The position numbers and the translations under genes are program-made. This document shows positions 26,954 to 38,981 of a DNA stretch of 64,000 bases, in pieces. Position 1 is the stretch's first letter. Each line of letters opens with the position of its first letter. The notes beneath the pieces were generated by a model that worked only from the letters and a program-made list of their open reading frames with translations, had not been told where the DNA came from and did not search any database. Origin of the DNA: Octopus vulgaris (Eukaryota); assembly GCA_951406725.2 (NCBI GenBank), contig OX597814.1, forward strand, positions 161,510,001-161,574,000, in the 5' to 3' direction.

Positions 26954-28369
26954 ATACATACACATGCAGTTTACCATATGGTAATGAACGTTTGTGGTGA
27001 TAAAAATCATAGAAACAAATACTTTTCCATTAATTTGTTAATTAATAAAATCATGTCCATGAATGATTTTCATATGAAAATAACGAATTAAAAACTAAGA
27101 TAATGGAAATTTGTAGGGGTCTGCCCACACATATTGACTGATTTGAAGAAAATGAGTCTGTATATTCTGCAGCCATAATCTCCACGCTTTAAAGAAAAAA
27201 ATTTGACCCTACAACAAATGTTCCTGCAAATTCACAACATTATTCTGGCTTGTAATTTCATTTAAGGTAAAACCAGTGGAATTTTTTTCCAAGGAAAAAT
27301 TTTGCTTTATATAAAATTCCTTTTGTTTAGGTTTATTTTTTTTAGTAAAAATTATTCACCATATTGAAAAGCAAAGCCTGTACTGCAGAATATTACTGTG
27401 AAGTGAGACCACATCTAAGAGAGAAAGTGGTGCCAATTTAAATGAATTTAATGCAGAGTATGGACTGGCCTAATCTACAATTTGCTGCATCATCATCATC
27501 ATCATCACTACCTCCACCGCTGCCCCTGACGCTGCCGCCACCACCACCATCATTATCACCACTTTTCTATGCTCACATGGGTCAGATTGGATTTGTTGTG
27601 GTGGATATTCTATGGCCAGCTGCCATTCTGTCATCAACCCTCACTTGATTCCAATTAAGGTAATGTTTCCCTATGACTAGACATAGTTTTATAGAAAACT
27701 GGAAATGAAGGACACTGCTTGCATGACAATAGCACATGCTCACAATTACCATGCAAATTTCAAAGATTGAATTGTTGAGAACAATACTGTCTAGAATTGT
27801 GGTAGTAATTTACTCTGGATATTTTCCTTAAGAAAAAAAAAAAAAAAAAGAGACTCAAGAACTATTACTTCAATTGTTTCATCAACAGTAGCAGAAGAAG
27901 GGTTTTCTCTTTAGAGACTTATAAGAGTTAATTTCCTTTCTCCTCCTCCTCCTCAATAATTTTCTCCTTTCCTGCCACCTTGCTACCCTTCATTTTACTT
28001 GAACAACCTGTCAAACTCAGGTGAGAAATTTTGAGAAAATTTAAAATGTTTTATTCTTTTAATTAGCTTGTGTTTTTCTGTTTAAGATTAATTATTCATT
28101 CCCCCATTTTGCAGATTATTTATGATTTTTTAATACCTTTAATATTTCATTTTAATGCCTGTTAGGTTTTATATTTTTATAGGAGAAATATCTTTAAAAT
28201 GAAGTGTAGAATTATTTATTTATTTATTGTTACTGTTTATTCATATTATTCAATATTGTACTATCATTACTGTTTTTTTAAATTATATTTTATATTTATT
28301 TTATATTATATATTACATTATATTGTATTTTATATCATATCAGTTTTATATATGTTTTTCAGAATGACA

Positions 28370-29250
28370 TGAGCATAGAAACCAACAGCTTCTACAAACC
28401 AATGAACTCTAAACAGTAACTACTATTTACTTCATGCCACCCAAAACATACCAAATCCAATATTTCATTTAACCTGGCTAGAAGAATCTGAAGAATTTTC
28501 TTCAATCTGGAAGTTCAGTACAAGACTCCTTGAATTAAAACAGGTGCTACTTGAAAGACAGTACCAGTCTACTCTAACAGAGAATGGAATAGAGAATAGA
28601 ATGTGCCAAAGTAATAAACATTGAAGAATTATGGAAAGCCAAAAATGGTTCAGACATACCCAAAACTTTATCTTTAATCATAACACTCAACCCAAGAAAC
28701 AGAAATATTTGGCATTATCCTCAGCTTTATTGAGCCAAGAAAGAAAAGGGTACTCAAATCATACAAAATAAGCAAATGCAAAAGACAATCAAAATATCTA
28801 AAAAAAAAAAACATTCTTTCCCACACAAAAACTACCAACTATGGACTCAACTCCAACAGTTTAACACTGTGGCTGATCTAATTGTGGAACTTGTGACAAC
28901 CTTATTGAGGACACACAAATCTAAATCAGAACAAGCTTTTACTGTGAAAAACCATTTTACTTGTTCTTCAAAGAATTTAATATACATCATCAAATGTAAT
29001 GGATATCAGGAAAATGACATTGGACAAACAACTTAACTTTAAGAATGAGATTAACAACTCATTGTCAACAAATATGAGATCACAGGAGTAGACAAATTCT
29101 ATTTAGAGAACATCTGAACATATGTGTGAAAATCAAATCTCCCAAATTTCTTGTTTTCCCATTCAACCAATGTCTAAAAATACCACAGATCAAAGAAAAA
29201 TAATTAAGGAAAATTCCTTTATTAAAAATATAAGCCATAGTTGAACAGAT
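28370..29250 (+). mobile_element. Degenerate Penelope-like element (RT thumb + GIY-YIG)
   Basis: FYKPMNSKQ*LLFTSCHPKHTKSNISFNLARRI and FTCSSKNLIYIIKCNGYQENDIGQT (GIY-YIG-like). Confidence 0.85.
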
Positions 29251-30284
29251 TATAAAAAACATCAGTAATACACAATTTGCCTTTTCCTATGAATTAATTA
29301 TTGTAGAAATATATTATGTGTCTTCCTGTGCACATTTTTAAGAAAGCCAAAATTAATGTAGCAACAATCATCTACCTTATATACACCACACCTCATTATC
29401 TTAATTACCCCACACCTTGTTAACAAAGAAGAGGTGTTTTAACATGTTCAATGAGACTGAACAAGCACTAATTGATAATATCATTCTTTGTCAGAATAAT
29501 AAACAATAATTATCTAAAACATTTTTATGTCAACAATTATTATATTCTTTAAACTAAAGACAAATTTCAGTCTTTATTATCCCTGACATAAAACAAGAGA
29601 GAACATGCAGTAAAATAGATACTACTTATATCTCTCTTTTTTTTAACAGTCATATGATATATGCAGTGGACAATAGCTTTTATGCGACCTTCTCATGCAA
29701 CTGTCATATGAGCTGAACACATGAATGTTGAGAAATCAATTTGTACCTCAACGGACATCATTCTAAACCACCATTCTTTCTTTAAAAACTAACAACTTTA
29801 ATAACAATGGCCAGGATAGACATAATTTGTGACACAACTGCATATACTATACACATTTTGAAGATCTAATGTGGAACCAGTTAAGTGTATTCCTATATTT
29901 TAAAATCTAATTAAATTCTAATTAATTGTGGTATATTCTCCATACATATTCAACTTCATCTCATCTATATTTCCACTTGATTGGATTAATAGTAATTTAT
30001 ATAGATATATATATTTGTTTGTTAATTTTTATATTACTTTTTCCATGCCAACATAGATTAAATGAATATGTTACTGAGGTATTGTTTTACAGTTTGATGC
30101 TCTTTGAGTGGTGAATCAATACTTGTTTTCCAAGTAAGGGATCTCTTATTTCTTACATTTTCAAAGGTACAAAACCAGTGAACAACTTGATGACAGGGGA
30201 AATGCAATCATCATCACTGCATGACTGCATGTAGATCAGAAATTTGGGGAGAAACAGGAATGTAAATATACATCATATAAACAC

Positions 30285-30692
30285 AGACATGGCTTTGTGA
30301 TAAGAAACTTGCTTTCCAACCACATGGTTCCGAGTTCAATCTCACTGCATGGCATCTCGAGCAAGTGTCTTCTATTATAGCCTTGGGCTGACCAAAGTCT
30401 TGTGAGTGGATTTGGTAGACAGTAACTGAAAGAAGCCAGTTGTTCTATATGTGTGTGTGTCTGTGTGTGTGTGTGTGTGTGTGTCTTTGTGTCTGTGTTT
30501 GTACCCCCTGTCACCGCTTGATAACTGGTGATGGCGTGTTTACGTCCCTGTAACTTAGTGGTTCAGCAAAAGACACAAATAGAATAAATACTAGGTTTAA
30601 AAAATAAGTCTTGGGGTCAATCTGTTTGACTAACAACCTTTAAGAAAGTGTTCCAGCATGGCCACAGTCAAATGACTGAAACAAGTAAAAGA
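30285..30692 (+). mobile_element. tRNA-derived SINE, family B
   Basis: GGTTCCGAGTTCAATC B-box, internal (TG)n, 3' end CCAGCATGGCCACAGTCAAATGACTGAAACAAGTAAAAG. Confidence 0.85.
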
Positions 30693-30704
30693 TATATATA
30701 TATG

Positions 30705-30766
<62 letters not shown>

Positions 30767-30799
30767 TTTGAATTTAGATGCATATATATATATATATAT

Positions 30800-31503
30800 G
30801 TCTCACCATGGAAATGACTAGAGACCGAGACCTATGGAAGTATGCTGTGCGTGAGAAGACCCGGCAAGACTAGTGAAGCCATAATCCGTGGCCCCTACCT
30901 GGGACGTAGTCAGTCCACCTGTGCATACCTTCCTTCTTGTGACACTTGTGAAGACCTGTTGAGGCAAGTGAGAATCGAATCGTATCGAATCAAATCGAAC
31001 CAAATCAAAATAGATGAACATCAATGGAATTTGTATCCTTGTGGTACCAGTGCCGGTGGCACATAAGAAAACCATCCGAACGTGACCGTAGCCAGTACCG
31101 CAATGACTGGCCTCCGTGCTGAGGGCACGTAACAAACACCATCCGAGCGTGGCCGTCCGCCAGCCTCGTCTGGCACCTGTGTCGGTGACACATAAGAAAA
31201 CACCATCCGAGCGTGGCCGTCTGCCAGCCTCGTCTGGCACCTGTGTCGGTGGCACATAAAAAACACCATCCGAGCGTGGCCGTCTGCCAGCCTCGTCTGG
31301 CACCTGTGTCGGTGGCACATAAAATCACCCACTACACTCTCGGAGTGGTTGGCGTTAGGAAGGGCATCCAGCTGTAGAAACACTGCCACATCTGACTGGC
31401 CTGGTGCAGCCTTCGGGCTTCCCAGACCCCAGTTGAACCGTCCAACCTATGCTAGCATGGAAAGCGGACGTTAAACGATGATGATGATGATGATGATGAT
31501 GAT
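30800..31503 (+). mobile_element. 5'-truncated RTE insertion (last codons + 3'UTR with 63-64-bp repeats + (GAT)n)
   Basis: [20 protein letters not shown] matches the end of the ORF at 9938; starts right after a (TA)n tract. Confidence 0.9.
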
Positions 31504-31689
31504 ACACACACACTCTACCATCCCATTTATATTCTGATCCCGATACCTCAAAGGTATACCCTGGCATTTAGCCACTATCTGTTTCGCTTTCTCACTCTGC
31601 TCTACCATCCCATTTATATTCTGGTCCCCATACCTTGAGGATATGTCCTGGCATTTCACCACCATCTCTCTCCCACTCTCTCTTGCACC

Positions 31690-32250
31690 CTCACCTTCTC
31701 ACTCTCTTCCAATCTCTCTCTCTTTTTCTCTCTCTTCCTATGACTGGGTAGCCATGTATCTCCTTTACAGCAACACATCTGTTTTTGACCTCATTCTTGA
31801 TCTCTCTCTATCCCCACCTCTCTCTCTCTCTTGCTTCTCCCTCTGACTGGGTAACTCTGCATCTCCTCTACAGCAAGATACTTGTTTCTATCCCTTGTCA
31901 CAACAGCCTCTCATCACCTGGCACAAGGCCACCTCCTCCAATGCCCCTCCTCTCAAAGGATCTCTGTCATGCAAGTTACTTGATAACCCCACCAGTGCAT
32001 CCAGTTCACAATATAAAGTGGTTGGTGTTTGGAAGGGCATCCAGCTATAAAAACCATGCCAAAACAGGCCTCACCAGTAGTGGTGCCACGTAAAAAGCAC
32101 TTGGTCCACTCTGTAAGGTGGGTTGGTGTTAGGAAGGGCATCCTGCTGTAAAAGCTCTGGTAAAACAGACAGTGAGGTCTGGTGTAGTCTCCTGCCTAAC
32201 CAGCCCCTGTCAAACCGTCCAACTCATGCCAGCATGATGATGATGATGAG
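31690..32250 (+). mobile_element. Non-autonomous RTE-tailed element
   Basis: Pyrimidine-rich body with gggtagccatgtatctcc, ending in aaccgtccaactcatgccagcatgatgatg. Confidence 0.55.
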
Positions 32251-32256
32251 AATATA

Positions 32257-32297
<41 letters not shown>

Positions 32298-32333
32298 CTA
32301 GTGCGGAAAACGGACGTTAAACGATGATGATGA

Positions 32334-32414
<81 letters not shown>

Positions 32415-32463
32415 TGGCTATCGAGCTTGTAATGTTATGTTTTCTCTTATATTTCTTGAGTTT

Positions 32464-32528
32464 GTTGCACTGATGAACATAAAATGCATATTCTGCATTT
32501 AAATGCGAAATCACATGTGATATGTAAC
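32464..32528 (+). ncRNA. Type I hammerhead ribozyme motif inside a ~250-bp element (32411-32660) flanked by (TA)n; probably a Penelope-type terminal repeat
   Basis: Helix I GUUGCA/UGUAAC; core CUGAUGA (32470-32476); helix II AAAUGCA/UGCAUUU; GAAA (32507-32510); palindromic helix III AUCACAUGUGAU; predicted cleavage triplet AUA. Confidence 0.7.
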
Positions 32529-32844
32529 TGAATTCTTTTTAAAATGATGTGTTTTGAAGTTTTGCATTCGGTAAAATTTTGTTTATTTTTAGTAGTTTTG
32601 ACCGCATTGGTCCCTCTTAGCGTGTTGGTATCTACGAATAGTAGTACCCTCAATATAATATAAAAAAAAAATATATATATATATATATATATCCATATGC
32701 ACATACTTTCTGTGACACTCTCTCTCTCTCTACATACATATATATATATTCATTCATATGTGTGTGTATGTGTAACATGAAATATAACATACAAGTGTAT
32801 CTGTTTCCTGTGGAACATGAAAACTATAAAACCTGAGTACATAC

Positions 32845-32925
32845 CCTAAGCGGTCTTGACTGTTTGGTTCAATGCCATAGCTTATGAGAATCTGGCAGAT
32901 ATTTGCATGTCCTCCAAGAGCTGCC
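32845..32925 (-). CDS. INVS: Inversin-like ankyrin-repeat protein, internal exon (81 nt, phase 2/2)
   Basis: tttcccag|G GCA...TTA GG|gtatgt. Encodes (W)AALGGHANICQILISYGIEPNSQDRL(G), compared with human INVS WAALGGNADVCQILIENKINPNVQDYAG as I recall it. In phase with the upstream exon. Confidence 0.9.
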
Positions 32926-33187
32926 CTGGGAAAGAAATTTAAGAATGTTCTTAAAGAAACAATACATTACTCTCAGAAATTCTCATTAAGCAACTCTTCA
33001 TTTAAGAAAGCTGATCACAAATTTATATAAATAAATATGTTATCTCAAAGTCTGTGAGTACAACTGCTGGAGCCCTCTTTAATGACACTTGTTTTACTGT
33101 TACACTGACTAACTATAAGAAGGGTATCCACCTGTAAAATCCCATATGCATACATACATACATACACATATATATATGTATTTGTGA

Positions 33188-33230
<43 letters not shown>

Positions 33231-33283
33231 TGAGTTCTTGGTTCAGATTGTTTTAGCAGCAGTAGCTGAGGAAGGAGATGGTG

Positions 33284-33292
33284 AAGAAGAAG

Positions 33293-33324
<32 letters not shown>

Positions 33325-33377
33325 GATGTAGTAGAAGAAGAAGAAGAAGAAGAAGAAGAAGAAGAAGAAGAAGAAGA
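33284..33377. repeat. (GAA)n trinucleotide microsatellite
   Basis: Directly visible; gives the poly-E ORF. Confidence 0.95.
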
Positions 33378-33534
33378 GGGAGTAGGAAGAATAAGAAAAA
33401 TACAAGAGTGGGATGACAGTAGTAGGTTGTTGGTGAAGTGCTCTTAAATGGTCAAGTGACCTAAAAGTGACCTGTTGTGGTTATAGTGGTAGTAATTGGA
33501 ATTGTTCTGTTCTGAATATTTGTAATATTTGTAA

Positions 33535-33740
33535 GGTGGCGAGCTGGCAGAAATGTTAGCATGCCAGGCAAAATGGTTAGCAGTATTTTGTCTAATTTTA
33601 CGTTCTGTCACGGTTGACTTTGTCTTTCATCCCTTCAGGGTCGATAAATTAAGTACCAGTTGTGTACTGGGGTTGATCTAATCGACTGCCCCCCCCCCAA
33701 AAAAAAATTTTAGGCCTTGTGCCTAGAGTAGAAAAGAATA
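33535..33740 (+). mobile_element. tRNA-derived SINE, family A
   Basis: GGTGGCGAGCTGGCAGAA head and GGGTCGATAAATTAAGTACCAGTT core; aatatttg direct repeats on both flanks. Confidence 0.85.
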
Positions 33741-33810
33741 TTTGCATGGGTATTATTCTAAGGCCCTTGTAGTAGTGTCATTTGTGGTGGAGGCATTCAA
33801 AAGGGGTTTA

Positions 33811-35884
33811 TCATCATCATCATCATCATTTAGCGTCCGTTTTCCATGCTAGCATGGGTTGGACGGTTCAACTGGGGTCTGGGGAGCCCGAAGGCTGCAC
33901 CAGGCCAGTCAGATCTGGCAGTGTTTCTACAGCTGGATGCCCTTCCTAACGCCAACCACTCCGAGAGTGTAGTGGGTGATTTTATGTGCCACCGACACAG
34001 GTGCCAGACGAGGCTGGCGAACGGCCACGCTCGGATGGTGTTTTTATGTGCCACCGACACAGGTGCCAGACGAGGCTGGCAGACGGCCACGCTCGGATGG
34101 TGTTTTTATGTGCCACCGACACAGGTGCCAGACGAGGCTGGCAGACGGCCACGCTCGGATGGTGTTTTTATGTGCCACCGACACAGGTGCCAGATGAGGC
34201 TGGCGGACGGCCACGATCGGATGGTGTTTGTTACGTCCCCAAAGCACGGAGGCCAGTCTATGCGGTACTGGCTACGGCCACGTTCGGATGATTTTCTTGT
34301 GTGCCACCGGCACTGGTACCACAAAGATACAAATTCCATTTATGTTCATCTATTTTGATTTGATTTGATTTGATTTGATTTTCACTTGCCTCAACAGGTC
34401 TTCACAAGTGTCACAAGAAGGAAGGTATGCACAGGTGGACTGTCTACGTCGCCGGGTCTTCGGATGGTGTCTTTATGTGCCACCGACACAGGTGCCAGAT
34501 GTGGCTGGCGAACGGCCACGATCGGATGGTTTTCTTGTGTGCCACCGGTACTGGAACCACAAAGATACAAATTCCATTGATGTTCATCTATTTTGATTTG
34601 GTTTGATTTTGATTTTGATTTTTTGATTTTTTGATTTTCACTTGCCTCAACAGGTCTTCACAAGTGTCACGCGTGTCACACACTTGCCTCAACAGGTCTC
34701 CACAAGTGTCACACACTTGCCTCTGCCTCAACAGGTCTTCACAAAGTGTCACACACTTGCCTCTGCCTCAACAGGTCTTCACAAGTGTCATAAGAGGGAA
34801 GGTATGCACAGGTGGACTGACTACGTCGCCGGGTCTTTGGATGGTGTTTTTATGTGCCACCGACACAGGTGCCAGGTGAGGCTGGCGAACGGCCACGATC
34901 AGATGGTGTTTGTTGTGCCCACAGCACGGAGGCCAGTCGATGCGGTACCAGCTACGGCCACGTTCGGATGGTTTTCTTGTGTGCCACCTGTACTGGAACC
35001 ACAAAGATACAAATTCCATTGATATTCATCTATTTTGATTTGGTTTGATTTTCACTTGCCTCAACAGGTCTTCACAAGGGTCACACACTTGCCTCAACAG
35101 GTCTCCACCAGTGTCACACACTTGCCTCTGCCTCAATAGGTCTTCACAAGTGTCACACACTTGCCTCAACAGGTCTTCACAAGTGTCATAAGAGGGAAGG
35201 TATGCACAGGTGGACTGACTACGTCGCCGGGTCTTCGGATGGTGTCTTTATGTGCCAGATGAGGCTGGCGAACGGCCACGATCGGATGGTGTTTGTTGTG
35301 CCCACAGCACGGAGGCCAGTCGATGCGGTACTGGTTACGGCCATGTTTGGGTGGTTTTCTTGTGTGCCACCGGCACTGGTACCACAAAGAATACAATTCC
35401 ACTGATGTTCATCTATTGATTTGTTTTGATTTGATTTGATTTGATTTTCACTTGCCTCAACAGGTCTTCATAAGTGTCACAAGAAGGAAGGTATGCACAG
35501 GACTGACTACGTCCCAGGTCGGGGCCACGGGTTATGGCCTGACTAGTCTTGCCGGGTCTTCTCATGCACAGCATACTTCCATAGGTCTCGGTCTCTAGAC
35601 ATTTCCTTAGTGAGACCTAAAGTTCGAAGGTCGTGCTTCACCACCTCGTCCCAGGTTTTCCTGGGTCTACCTCTTCCACAGGTTCCCTCCACTGCTAGGG
35701 TGTAGCACTTTTGCACACAACTATCTTCAGCCTTTCTTGTCACATGACCATACCAGCGCAGCCGTCTCTCTTGCACGCCACAACTGACGCTTCTTAGGTT
35801 CAGCTTTTCTCTCAAGGAACTTACACTCTGATGATTATGAACACTGACATTACACATCCAACACTGACATTACACATCCATCCA
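33811..35884 (-). mobile_element. 5'-truncated RTE insertion with a greatly expanded, multi-module 3'UTR
   Basis: ORF end MCNVSVHNHQ...KYAVHEKTRQD* (35543-35857), four repeated UTR modules, 62-bp tandem units at 33981-34228 and a (CAT)n tail at 33811-33829. Confidence 0.9.
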
Positions 35885-36545
35885 ACATTTTCCTTTAAAA
35901 TATGACACTTTGCTAATGCGCTGATTATAGGTTCATTGTCCCTGAATTTGTACAAGGGAAAAATGTCAATGTGTTTGCTGAATGCTATTTTTCTGTATTC
36001 TCGAATTTTAATCTGGGACCATAGTTAAGTCTTCTGCATTTTTTTACTAATGGCTTCAGTGTTGCTGCTGAGTGTACTTGGGCTTGTGTTAGGAGACTTT
36101 TCATAGATTTGGGTTGTCTTTTGCTCTTTATGATGGTGTGCGTTTGGAGGATTAAATTCATAGTGTGGTCCCTTTTTAATCAGGAATGTTCTGGAGGATG
36201 GTGTCGAAGGTTTCATTGTTAAGGGGGTTGTGTGTGGAAACATATGGTAGAGCTTTTGGTTGTAAATCCTTCTTTAGTTTGGGGTGTCTGTGTTTGTGGG
36301 TATTGAGTTATAGGGCATGTTGAAAGCCTATATCAATTAGTGATGGTGGGTAGTTCCTGGTGATGAGTGTATCCTTTAGTTCATGTAGTCGTGTGTCTCT
36401 GGTGTTTGCATTAGAAACTATAGTACAAATCCTTTTTGCCAGGTTGAAGGGGATATTCATTCTAGTGTGTCTGGGGTGGCAGGAGTTGAACAGTAGATAT
36501 TGCTTGGAGTCTGTGGGATTATAGTATATATCTGTTTCTATTTTG
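35885..36545 (-). mobile_element. Penelope-like element fragment (RT thumb to the C-terminal region, internally deleted)
   Basis: IETDIYYNPTDSKQYLLFNSCHPRHTRMNIPFNLAKRICTIVS; homologous to 28370-29250. Confidence 0.85.
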
Positions 36546-38870
36546 GTTGGGCTATCTGTGAGTGAGCTACCCTTTTGGAAGAGGGGTCCTATTTTGCAGT
36601 GTACTGAGGCTGTTTCTTTGGCATAATGAAAGAAGGCCTTTGGGTTTGACTTAATGTTTTTTATAACCCAGGATTCTTTGTCTGCTCTCTCCCTCACATA
36701 GGATTGTTGCAGGCTTTTTTCTATCTCCATCAGTATTGTTTTTAGGTAGGACCTTTCACTACTTTTGGAATGTTGGTTGAAGTTATTTGCAACCTTTGTC
36801 TGTCATCTCATGAGGATCTTCCTCTCCCATGGAATCTTGTTCCTTTTTGTGTTGGCTTTGTGCTCTGGGACATTTTTCTGGCATATGGTTTGCATAACAC
36901 ATGAAATATTCTAGTTTTATGCCAATGTCTGGTGTGGAGAGACATTTTGGCCAGTCCTGTCTGAGGATCTCTTTTTGGATCGATTCCCAGTCTGCTTTGT
37001 GGAAGTTCAGATTGGAGATATTGTAGGTGCTTCCTTTGGGCTGTATGCCTGTGGCTACTTTCGGTTCATACATAGACAGCTCTATTATGTTGTGATCTGA
37101 AACTAATGTCGGCATCACTTTCACATCATGAACAATGTCTATATTGTTTGTGAAGCAGAGATCCAATATGTTATTCACCTTAGTTTACCTGAGTACAACT
37201 TGCTCCATGGATAAGGCATTGGAGGTTGAGCAGGGATTCCACCTGTACTTGTTTGCAATGAGTCACTCCTGAGAGCATGATGCCTTCAGGCCATTTGACA
37301 TTAAGGAAGTTGAAATCACCCATAAAAAATACACTCATGTGATGTTCCAGTTTTATGAGGATTTCTTTCATTCTTGTAAGGCAATCATTAAACTTGCCTA
37401 TGTGGTTTGGAGCATCCAGTGGCTGATATGTATTGCATATGACAATATTGTGTTGTTTTATGTTTTCAATTATAGTGTCACATACTGAATTTGAGTATGA
37501 CGGTAGGACCTGGAATATGAGGTCCTCATGGATGTATACAGTAACTCCACCATGGCTCCTTTCCCTTCTTTCTGTTCGCAGTATGGTATATTTTGGCACA
37601 TGTACTTCTGCATCCTCTATATCAGGGCTCAGATGAGTTTCCATGAGTGCTATACATAGGGCTTAATTGCATGCAGCAAGGTCTCTCAGGAAAAAAGTCT
37701 TGCTTTTGTTGTTGTGATGCAACAGGCCTCCAATATTTAGTAAAAATATTGGCATGACAAGTGTGCAGGCGTTAGGGGAGGCCATCCCGTATCTGTTGAT
37801 TGTGGTGGTCTTGTGCAGTAGTGGGCAAGATTCCATGTTTGCAGTTGATGTAACCAGGTCACCTGCTGCACAATCTTTTGCACCATGTACAAAAATGACT
37901 CTTGTTCAGCTGCTGCTTTGTGCACAACATCTGAAGAGTGTACTGCATTTGTATATTTTCTCTTTGGAGACAATTGGTGCCTTTCCTCAGGGAAGTATTT
38001 CTCTTTAAGGCCCCTGCAGTTTTGGTGGAGTCACAGGGGAACAAACCAGCAGTTTGTACCATCTTCCCCATGCCAACATTTGCCTTGCGGGTAAAATTTG
38101 CATGTCCTTGACTTCACTCCAAACTTTTTCTCTCCTCCAGAGTTTCGGATTCCATTGGAGCCTCCATATTTGATTTGTTTTCTGTTTTTTATTTGGTGGT
38201 TTTGGATTGTGGTTTTAGTTGTTTCGCCTTTTCCTTTTCCTTTCTCTCCCCTTCCTTCTTTATGTCTGTGCTCATGGTCTTCCCTTCCTTTACTGCTGGT
38301 AGCACTTAAATTCCTCTGGTTGTCCAGTGAGGTGAGAGCTCCATTCCTTTGAAGGACCACTGGCACAGAGGGACTTCTGGTTATTGCTTCTTCAGCTTGC
38401 CTATCCTTATCAGCCTGGTTATTCACAGGGGTGGGGGATCCATTCTTTTGTGGGACCACTGGATCAGCAGGACTTCTGGTTCTTCCCTATCAGCCTTGCC
38501 ACTGTTATTTTCCATGATGACATCAAGAGTGTCAATGTGTGGTCTAATAAGGGCATAGGATTGGATGAATTCATTTTCCCTCTGTTCTATCTGATCAATG
38601 GTTCTACAGAAACCATTGTTCTTCAGTACAGCAGTAATTATGTTGTTTAGAAGATTGCTCAATAGAAGTTTCTGTTCCTTGCTATTCCAATTTGGTGCCA
38701 TCTTTGTTTTCTAAGCCCAGAGGGGGTGAGAGGATAAAGAGGAAGTGAAAGAGACAGACGGAGGTAGAGGGGAAGATATGAAGGAGAGAAAAGAGGTATG
38801 GAGCGATAGGGAGACATGAGGAAGAGGAAGGGGAAGTGAAAGAGAGAGGAGAGAGTGAAGAATATATGAG
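36540..38870 (-). mobile_element. CR1/Jockey-group LINE 5' half: ORF1 with CCCH-like Cys motif, APE endonuclease and linker; RT missing
   Basis: METHLSPDIEDAEV...RSHGGVTVYI, FMGDFNF, NILDLCFTNN, SDHNII, NFHKADWE and IKSNPKAFFHYAK. ORF1 contains CKFYPQGKCWHGEDGTNCWF. Confidence 0.85.
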
Positions 38871-38923
38871 AGAAAGGGAAAAGAAAATATATACAAATAT
38901 AAATATATATATGTATATATATG

Positions 38924-38979
<56 letters not shown>

Positions 38980-38981
<2 letters not shown>

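Noticed and set aside
33184-33447. Poly-glutamate ORF
   Set aside because: It is a (GAA)n microsatellite next to (TA)n, with no splice or homology support.
33981-35200. Regular GC-rich repeats resembling a CRISPR array
   Set aside because: The units are contiguous with no unique spacers, there are no cas genes, the context is eukaryotic, and they are part of the RTE 3'UTR.
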